Source: Candidatus Undinarchaeales archaeon (GTDB lineage: Archaea > SpSt-1190 > JASMDC01). Taken from it: DNA of 29,941 nt. The notes below the pieces were generated by a model. The model was not told where the DNA came from and did not search any database. It saw only the letters and a program-made list of their open reading frames with translations. Position numbers and translations under genes: made by a program. The stretch is from NCBI GenBank assembly GCA_030753015.1, contig JASMDC010000044.1:1-29941 (forward strand). Reading direction: 5' to 3'. Shown here one piece after another: positions 23,707-29,941 of the stretch; positions within the stretch are counted from its first letter, which is position 1; each line of letters starts with the position of its first letter.

Positions 23707-25350
23707 TTATTCCGTGGCCTTCTTTCCTTTTAAGCGTGTGCGGGCTCGTTCGGCCGCAGCCTTCAGGAAACCGAGGAAGAGGGGCGCGGGACGCTCGAGC
23801 CTGGACTTGAATTCGGGGTGCGCCTGGGTCGCCACGAAGAAGGGATGGCCGGGCAGTTCTAAAAACTCCATGAGATTGCCGTCCGGCGAACGTCCGGAGA
23901 ACACCAGGCCTGCTTTCTCTAGCTGCTCCACGTACGCATGGTTCACCTCGTACCGGTGCCTGTGGCGCTCGTCAACGATCTCGGCACCGCCGTAGAGGGC
24001 CCGCACCTGGGTGCCGGGCGCCAACGTCGCCGGGTAGGTCCCCAGCCGCATGGTTCCTCCCATATCTTGGATCTCGCGCTGGTCCGGGAGCAGGTCGATG
24101 ACCGGGTGCGGTGTCTCTGCATCGTTCTCCGTAGAATTGGCACGCTCCAGACCACACACCGCGCGTGCGTACTCGGCAACCGCCAGCTGGAATCCGAAGC
24201 ACAGGCCGAGAAAGGGGATACCGTTCTCCCGGGCGTGGCCGATGGCCGCGATCTTTCCCTCGGTCCCCCGGGATCCGAAACCGCCCGGGACGATGATCCC
24301 GTCCGTACCTTCCAGAGCCACACTGTCCGCCATATCGGTGGTCTCCATCCATGCGAGGTCCAGGTCGACGCCCAGGTGAGCGGCGGCATGGATCATCGAC
24401 TCGTGGATGGAGAGATAGGAATCGCGCAAGCTTGTGTACTTCCCTGTCACAGCGACCTTCACCGTGAGCTTCCCCGGTGCCTTGATCGTCTTCACGTACT
24501 TCTTCCAGGGACCGTACAGGGGATTGGGTGAGAACGCCCCGAGCCGGTTGCACAGGGAGTTGGGGAGCCCCTCCTCCTCGAACACGAACGGGAGCTCGTA
24601 GATGGTGCCCACGTCCGGGTCCGAGATCACCGCATCCTCGGGGACGTTGCAAAAGAGGGCCACCTTCTTCTTGACCGATGAGTCCAGGGGCCTGCGCGAG
24701 CGACAGATGATGGCATCGGGCTGGATACCTGCCCCCATGAGCGTGTGGACGCTGTGCTGGACAGGCTTCGTCTTCTGCTCGCCTACGACCGACAGCTCCG
24801 GTGCCAGAGCCAGGAGCACGAATGCCACGTTCTCCCGTCCTTTCTCGCGCTGGAGCTGGCGCACGGCCTCTAGGAACGGCATGCTCTCGATGTCGCCCAC
24901 TGTGCCGCCCACCTCGATCAGGGTGATGTCGGCATCGTCACGTTCCGCGGTCTTGGAGATGCGCTCTTTGATCATGTCCGTGATATGAGGGATTATCTGG
25001 ACGGTCTTGCCCAAGTAGTCACCACGACGCTCCTTGGCGATGACCTCTCGATAGACCTTCCCGGTGGTAATGTTGTGGTCGCGGGTGAGGGTTATGTCCA
25101 GGAAACGCTCGTAGTTGCCCAGGTCCTGGTCGACCTCGCTCCCGTCGTCGAGCACGAACACCTCGCCGTGCTCGTAGGGCGAAAAGAGCCCCGCATCTAT
25201 GTTGATGTACGGATCGATCTTCAGTGCAGTGACACTGTACTGACGTGCTGCAAAGGTCCGGGCCAGCGATGAGGTGACCCCTCCCTTACCAAGACCGCTC
25301 ATCACCCCACCAAGAACGACGATGAACTTACGAACACGCTGAGGTGGCAT
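23707..25350 (-). CDS. pyrG: CTP synthase
   Basis: Motifs KFIVVLGGVMSGLGKG, KIDPYIN, HGEVFV, DLGNYERF, VPGGFGSRG, GLCFGFQ, ERHRHRYE and TQAHPEF. Start is ATG 25350 (or GTG 25359). Confidence 0.97.
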   Translation of the reverse strand: MPPQRVRKFIVVLGGVMSGLGKGGVTSSLARTFAARQYSVTALKIDPYINIDAGLFSPYEHGEVFVLDDGSEVDQDLGNYERFLDITLTRDHNITTGKVYREVIAKERRGDYLGKTVQIIPHITDMIKERISKTAERDDADITLIEVGGTVGDIESMPFLEAVRQLQREKGRENVAFVLLALAPELSVVGEQKTKPVQHSVHTLMGAGIQPDAIICRSRRPLDSSVKKKVALFCNVPEDAVISDPDVGTIYELPFVFEEEGLPNSLCNRLGAFSPNPLYGPWKKYVKTIKAPGKLTVKVAVTGKYTSLRDSYLSIHESMIHAAAHLGVDLDLAWMETTDMADSVALEGTDGIIVPGGFGSRGTEGKIAAIGHARENGIPFLGLCFGFQLAVAEYARAVCGLERANSTENDAETPHPVIDLLPDQREIQDMGGTMRLGTYPATLAPGTQVRALYGGAEIVDERHRHRYEVNHAYVEQLEKAGLVFSGRSPDGNLMEFLELPGHPFFVATQAHPEFKSRLERPAPLFLGFLKAAAERARTRLKGKKATE

Positions 25351-25512
25351 ATACGACACGATGGTGACAGGCTTAAATTTGTTGGCTTCACGTGCGAAAA
25401 CATCGTAAGATGCTGCATCAGGTGACGTAACCTAATAGTGATGAATTAATGATTTTAAGGAATGTTTAAAAAGGCCTTGTATCGCTTACTTCGGCTGAAA
25501 GGGGTACAGGGC

Positions 25513-26178
25513 GTGAAAATTTTCGCCTTAGCAGACATACACGGGGAGCTTGACAGGCTTGACCTGGTGTGCGAGCGAGCCAAGCGTGAGAAGCCCGACA
25601 TGATACTCGTGGCGGGTGATCTGACGCGGTTCGGTCCACGTGAGGACGCTGAGACAGTCATAAATCGTCTCTCGGCCACGAACGCCAAGGTCCTGGCCAT
25701 CCCAGGTAACGGGGATACGGAGGATGTCACAGGTTTCCTTGACGAGGCAGGTATCAACCTCGACAAGCAGAGCCACCGCCACGGCGACGTGGGACTTGTG
25801 GGTATGGGGATGCCCACGTCCATGGTGCTGGGGGGCATGCTGCTCACGCAGTACGCTACCCTGGACGACGCCATGGAGGAAGTGAAGGACTGCGATACGA
25901 CCATTTTTGTATCGCATATGCCACCCGCGGGAACTAAGACGGACATGATCTTTACGGAGGAGCACGTTGGCTCCAACTTCGTGAAGTCGTTCGCCGAGGA
26001 GAAGCAGCCCGAACTGCTCATCTGCGGGCACATCCACGAGAGCCGTGCCATCGACCATATCGGGAACACCCTCGTGGTGAACCCGGGAGCCGTGGCCGAA
26101 GGGTACATCGCCGAGATCGACCTGGATGGCGAGGACGGTATAGACGTCAGACTCCATCGTTTGGACGAAAAGGGATAA
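25513..26178 (+). CDS. calcineurin-like metallophosphoesterase
   Basis: Motifs ADIHG, AGDLT, PGNGD, SHMPP, CGHIHE and VNPG. Start GTG 25513. Confidence 0.93.
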   Translation: MKIFALADIHGELDRLDLVCERAKREKPDMILVAGDLTRFGPREDAETVINRLSATNAKVLAIPGNGDTEDVTGFLDEAGINLDKQSHRHGDVGLVGMGMPTSMVLGGMLLTQYATLDDAMEEVKDCDTTIFVSHMPPAGTKTDMIFTEEHVGSNFVKSFAEEKQPELLICGHIHESRAIDHIGNTLVVNPGAVAEGYIAEIDLDGEDGIDVRLHRLDEKG

Positions 26179-26412
26179 GGGAATCCGGGGTACGGCCCAT
26201 CGAGGGCGCCAGACCGTAAGCTGGAAAGCTGGCGCTCCTCCAGGGACATTCACTCGCCCTCTTCGGGAGCAGACATCTCCTGCTCTCTGGAGCGATTGTG
26301 CACGCTTGGCGGGCCCCCACGTGAGGAGGACTTCCTGTCATCCATAGCGCTTGACAACGTACTACAATCCCAGGAACATGGAGAGACTGCTACGAAGTTC
26401 CAGTTGGGGGCG

Positions 26413-26448
26413 GTCAGTGCCTCCCTCAGCGTGAGCGGGAGGCTTGAC
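26413..26448. terminator. strong hairpin just after the last gene of the por operon
   Basis: GTCA-GT-GCCTCCC...GGGAGGC-T-TGAC with inner CTCA/TGAG. Lies about 12 nt past the stop at 26460. Confidence 0.4.
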
Positions 26449-26459
26449 GCAGTGCGGAC

Positions 26460-26735
26460 CTAGGCTATGTATCTAAACTCTTCGTCGTCACTGACCTTCT
26501 TGCTCTTACCCTTCCTGGGAGCCTTCTTCAGAAGGCCGTCCAGTGCCTTGGAGAGCTTCTCTGTGTCCTCGCGTTCCAGCAGTGCCCGGATCACACACAC
26601 CCGCTTTCCCGGGGCATCCTGGAAGAAACAGAGGTGGATGCCACCCTGGCCGTCCTGAGAAAGGCACCAGCTGTCCACCCGCACCTCTGGTGCAGCGAGC
26701 TGGACCTTCTTGTCGCCGAGAGGACATCCACCCAT
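26460..26735 (-). CDS. small hypothetical protein, possibly DUF3467-like
   Basis: Follows porB with SD-like GGACGGTGA. Pattern of beta strands (IHLCFFQDAPG..VIRALL), then a helix (TEKLSKALDGLL), then a charged tail ending RYIA. Confidence 0.65.
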   Translation of the reverse strand: MGGCPLGDKKVQLAAPEVRVDSWCLSQDGQGGIHLCFFQDAPGKRVCVIRALLEREDTEKLSKALDGLLKKAPRKGKSKKVSDDEEFRYIA

Positions 26736-26757
26736 TTCATTCACCGTCCGTCCACAC

Positions 26758-27651
26758 TTAGAGCCCGGACTCTGCCAGCTTCACGAGCCGATCGTACCGC
26801 TTCTTCACCTGCTCCTCGATGAAGGTGATGTCCTTCTCATCGAGGTGCTTGAACCGGCCCTGCAGCTTCAGGTACTCGCGGATGTCCGCAGTGACCTTCT
26901 TCGGTCGCTGGATGACGTGCTTTCCGTCCTCGATCTCGAAGAGAGGGAACACGCCGGAGTTCACCGCCAGCTTGGCGATCTCTACGGTCTTGGCACCGTC
27001 GCTCCTCCAGCCCGTTGGGCAGGGGGCAAGGATGTGCACGAAGGTCGCGCCCTTGATCTCTATGCCCTTCTGGATCTTCTTGAAGAGGTCCCTGGGGTGG
27101 CTGATGGACGCAGTGGCCACGTACGGCGTTCCGTGGGCCGCGATGATGTGGGTCAGGTCCTTCTTCCACTCGGTCTTCCCCTTGGACTCCTTGCCCGCGG
27201 GGTGGGTTGAGGTGGAGGCACCGAAAGGCGTAGCGCTGGAGCGCTGGATGCCCGTGTTCATATATGCCTCGTTATCGTAGCACACGTACAGGACGTCGTG
27301 ATTGCGCTCGAACATACCGGAGATCGGACCGATCCCGATGTCGAAGGTCGAGCCGTCACCAGCGAAGGCGACGACGTTGATGTCCTTCTTGCGACCCTGG
27401 GCCTTGAGCGCGGCCTCAACGCCCGACGCGATGGCCGCGCTGTTCTCGAAGGCGCCGTGGATCCACGGGAGCCTCCAGGCGGTCTGAGGATATGGGGTCG
27501 AGACGACCTCCATACAACCGGTCGACTCAACGAGTACGGTGTTAGGTCCTGCGGCCTTGGTGATGAGCCTCATGGCAGTAGCGGCGCCGCAACCGGCGCA
27601 CGCCCGGTGACCAGGGGCGAAGTATTCCTCTTCAGGCATTCCGAATATCAT
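26758..27651 (-). CDS. porB: pyruvate:ferredoxin oxidoreductase beta subunit
   Basis: FAPGHRACAGCG, TGCMEV, TPP motif GDG...DNEAYMNTG, and PCPTGW. Confidence 0.93.
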   Translation of the reverse strand: MIFGMPEEEYFAPGHRACAGCGAATAMRLITKAAGPNTVLVESTGCMEVVSTPYPQTAWRLPWIHGAFENSAAIASGVEAALKAQGRKKDINVVAFAGDGSTFDIGIGPISGMFERNHDVLYVCYDNEAYMNTGIQRSSATPFGASTSTHPAGKESKGKTEWKKDLTHIIAAHGTPYVATASISHPRDLFKKIQKGIEIKGATFVHILAPCPTGWRSDGAKTVEIAKLAVNSGVFPLFEIEDGKHVIQRPKKVTADIREYLKLQGRFKHLDEKDITFIEEQVKKRYDRLVKLAESGL

Positions 27652-27663
27652 CTATCACACCTC

Positions 27664-28815
27664 CTAGTACATCCACTCGATCTTCTTGCCCTTGCCGCTC
27701 TTGAGCATCTCGTATATGCTCTCGACATGCTCGTAGCGGATGTCGCGGCCACCAAGGCCGACGATGAAGTTCCGCAGATCGGGCTTGTGGTCTGAATCGT
27801 AATGGGCCGAGCGAACCTCGGTGAAGAGCACGCCCTCGAACCCGACGGAGATGGCCTTGTCCAGCACGGCCAGGCCCTTGAGGTCCTTCGTTGCCTCGAG
27901 CAACTGCTCCTTGGGGAAGGGCCGGTAAACGATCATCTTGATCAAACCGACCTTCTCACCCTTTTCACGGAGCTTGTCCACGATTACCTTGAGGGTTCCG
28001 CATTCGGAGCCGATGCCCAGGAAGGCGAACTCGGCGTCGTCCATGCGGTAGAGCTCGAGGAAGTCGTAGGCCCTGCCGAATTTGTCGGCAAAGTCCTTGA
28101 AGGCCTGGGTGATGACCGGGAAGGAGTTCATCATGGCCTCGTTCTGCTCGTTCCGCAACTCCATATAGTGGGTGGGGAATGCGATCGGTCCCTGGGTCAC
28201 TGGCCTGGCCGGGTCCACGTAGGCGTGGAGCGGCTTGTAGGGTGGGAGGTACGCGTCCACGGTCTTCTGGTCGGGGACGTCCACTGGCTCGAACACGTGC
28301 GACAGGGTGAATCCGTCCAAGCACACGAGCGCAGGAGTGAGGACCTTGTGGTCCTCGGCCACCTTGTACGCGAGCAGGGTCAGGTCCAGGCACTCCTGGG
28401 CTGTCTCGCAGTGGAACTGGAGCCATCCGATGTCACGGGCGCTCATAGAATCCTGGTGGTCGTTCCAGATGCTGATGGGCGCCGACAGTGCCCGGTTGGC
28501 CACGTTCATCACGCAGGGGAGGCGCATGCCTGATGCCACGAAGAGCATCTCGTTCATGAGGGCGAGCCCCTGGGAGGCGGTGGATGAGTAGGTGCGCGAG
28601 CCGGCAGCGGCCGCTCCGACCAGCGCCGAGATGGCACCGAACTCAGATTCCACGCGGATGTACTCGGTCTTCAGATCCCCGTCAGCCACCATCTCGGAAA
28701 TGCGTTCCACGATGTGGGTCTGGGGAGTGATGGGGTAAGCAGCCACCACATCAGGCTTGATTAGCTTCACAGCTTCTGATGCAGCGTGGGAAGCCTCCAT
28801 TACCGATCTTACCAT
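27664..28815 (-). CDS. porA: pyruvate:ferredoxin oxidoreductase alpha subunit
   Basis: Motifs AYPITPQT, VESEFGA, TASQGL, NRALSAPISIWNDH and GLGGRD. Confidence 0.93.
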   Translation of the reverse strand: MVRSVMEASHAASEAVKLIKPDVVAAYPITPQTHIVERISEMVADGDLKTEYIRVESEFGAISALVGAAAAGSRTYSSTASQGLALMNEMLFVASGMRLPCVMNVANRALSAPISIWNDHQDSMSARDIGWLQFHCETAQECLDLTLLAYKVAEDHKVLTPALVCLDGFTLSHVFEPVDVPDQKTVDAYLPPYKPLHAYVDPARPVTQGPIAFPTHYMELRNEQNEAMMNSFPVITQAFKDFADKFGRAYDFLELYRMDDAEFAFLGIGSECGTLKVIVDKLREKGEKVGLIKMIVYRPFPKEQLLEATKDLKGLAVLDKAISVGFEGVLFTEVRSAHYDSDHKPDLRNFIVGLGGRDIRYEHVESIYEMLKSGKGKKIEWMY

Positions 28816-29079
28816 CTACTTCTCCTCCATGATCATCTTGATGCAGGTCACCGGACACTCGTTGGCGCAGATGCCGCACCCCTTGCAGTAGTCGAGGTCA
28901 ATGGTCGCCTTTTTGTCCTTGATGTCGACCGATCCCTCGGGGCAGTACACCCAGCAGTTACCGCATCCGGTGCACTTCTCGATATCGATGATGGGGCGGA
29001 TGGCCCGCCAGGCACCGGTCTTGTACTTGATGGTGGAACCGGGCTCCGTGATAGTTGCAGCAAGTGTCAGCTCGACCAT
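28816..29079 (-). CDS. porD: pyruvate:ferredoxin oxidoreductase delta (ferredoxin) subunit
   Basis: PGST..YKTGAWR..RP, CTGCGNCWVYCP and YCKGCGICANECP. ATG 29079 follows an SD-like GAGGATGTG. Confidence 0.93.
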   Translation of the reverse strand: MVELTLAATITEPGSTIKYKTGAWRAIRPIIDIEKCTGCGNCWVYCPEGSVDIKDKKATIDLDYCKGCGICANECPVTCIKMIMEEK

Positions 29080-29080
29080 A

Positions 29081-29626
29081 TCACATCCTCTCCTTTGCCT
29101 CGTCGAACACGCGCTCGACGAGCTGCTTGTTCTTCTCGCCGATCTTACCTCCGAAGAACTCGGGGATGGCCTCGACGAGAGCGCCCTTGCTGACCTCTCC
29201 GGTGAATGCGGCGAAGGCACCGAGCATGGCGGTGTTGACGATGTCCCGACCAAGGACGTCGAAGGCGGCCTTTGTCGCGTTCACCGTGCGCACCTTGAAA
29301 TCATCGAGCCCGAAGTCACTGGGATCGCGCTCGGTGTTGATGATGATCATACCACCCTTCTTGAGCCCGGCAGTGGCGTCGATGACCTCCAAGAGAGTGG
29401 GATCAAGGACGACGACAATGTCAGGATCATAGACCTGGGTTCGTGTGCGGATGAACTCATCCTTGTCGATTCGCACGAAAGCCTGGACGGGTGCGCCACG
29501 CCTTTCTACACCGAACATCGGGAAGGACTGGGTGAAGCCCCCGTCCGAGAATCCGGCGACAGCGAGAATCTGAGCGGCCGTGACCGCGCCCTGGCCTCCG
29601 CGACCGTGGAAGCGAATTTCCTGCAT
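29081..29626 (-). CDS. porG: pyruvate:ferredoxin oxidoreductase gamma subunit
   Basis: Motifs EIRFHGRGGQGAVTA, FPMFGVERRGAPV and IVNTAMLGA. SD AGGTG and TATA ATTTATAT upstream. Confidence 0.93.
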   Translation of the reverse strand: MQEIRFHGRGGQGAVTAAQILAVAGFSDGGFTQSFPMFGVERRGAPVQAFVRIDKDEFIRTRTQVYDPDIVVVLDPTLLEVIDATAGLKKGGMIIINTERDPSDFGLDDFKVRTVNATKAAFDVLGRDIVNTAMLGAFAAFTGEVSKGALVEAIPEFFGGKIGEKNKQLVERVFDEAKERM

Positions 29627-29907
29627 ATAAGCACCTGTTACGGCGTCAAGGGGATTGGATATATAAATCTGCCGGAGTCGCCCGACACAGTTTTATTTTA
29701 TAGATGTGTCTAGTAATAATTACAGGAGCCCCTTCAAGGTCCGCTCAGAACTCACCATCCTCCTTCCAAGGAAGCTCCCCAATTCATTGGGGGGAGGAAT
29801 TGGAGAGTAGTACGTCGTGATACGTTCGCTGTGAACCCTCCATGAACTGAGTACCGGCACGCCGCCCCCCAAAGCGATAAAAGACCAGAAAAGCATAACA
29901 TACGATC

Positions 29908-29941
29908 ATGGAGCAAACGCTCGTCGTCAAGCTCGACACCA
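29908..29941 (+). CDS. 5' end of a CDS running off the window, possibly IS200/IS605 TnpB
   Basis: MEQTLVVKLDT resembles TnpB N-termini (MxxTxxxKL). An IS605-like hairpin lies upstream. Only 11 codons are visible. Confidence 0.35.
   Translation, partial: MEQTLVVKLDT

Noticed and set aside
25438-25498. Possible C/D box sRNA (GTGATGA ... CTGA)
   Set aside because: No credible D'/C' boxes, and the interior is the AT-rich promoter of the phosphoesterase.
26179-26459. RNase P RNA, SRP RNA or cobalamin riboswitch
   Set aside because: Only short partial matches (AGGAAGTCC, GGGAGCAG, GGGAATCCGG). The other conserved elements are absent.
29765-29800. RNase P RNA suggested by AGGAAGCTCC
   Set aside because: No downstream conserved RNase P regions or P4 partner. 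A local hairpin explains the sequence.
1-29941. CRISPR array, cas operon, rRNA or integrase
   Set aside because: I saw no regularly spaced repeats, rRNA-like sequence or recombinase motifs. The Cas2-like MNT extension alone does not indicate a CRISPR system.

Overview
High-GC archaeal chromosomal window. Evidence for archaeal origin: TATA boxes about 25 nt upstream of leaderless starts, GGAGGTG-type Shine-Dalgarno (SD) motifs, a bulge-helix-bulge (BHB) tRNA intron and a four-subunit pyruvate:ferredoxin oxidoreductase. The lineage cannot be assigned from this window. Recognisable core genes: udp, smc, a long U32-family (RlhA-like) protein, pyrG, a metallophosphoesterase, porG-porD-porA-porB, nfeD plus stomatin/SPFH, and a tRNA-Gln/tRNA-Pro pair. 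The less ordinary parts are: (1) tRNA-Gln(TTG) carries a 31-nt intron in the T-loop (position 59/60) with a complete BHB motif; (2) a 1.17-kb integrase-free cassette holds a HEPN gene and an MNT gene with a Cas2/VapD-like C-terminal extension, bounded by 51-bp direct repeats that duplicate the 3' end of the gene after smc with only synonymous differences; (3) the gene after smc is not a recognisable ScpA and may start at ATT; (4) a NapH-like polyferredoxin / NapG-like / Tat-DUF362 / Cys-repeat lipoprotein redox cluster has no known catalytic subunit; (5) a tandem family of unknown six-TM proteins sits behind udp, with the third copy decayed; (6) there are several deletion scars and degenerate IS200/IS605-like hairpins, and a possible tnpB start at the right edge. 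All family assignments come from motif recognition by eye, not from database searches.
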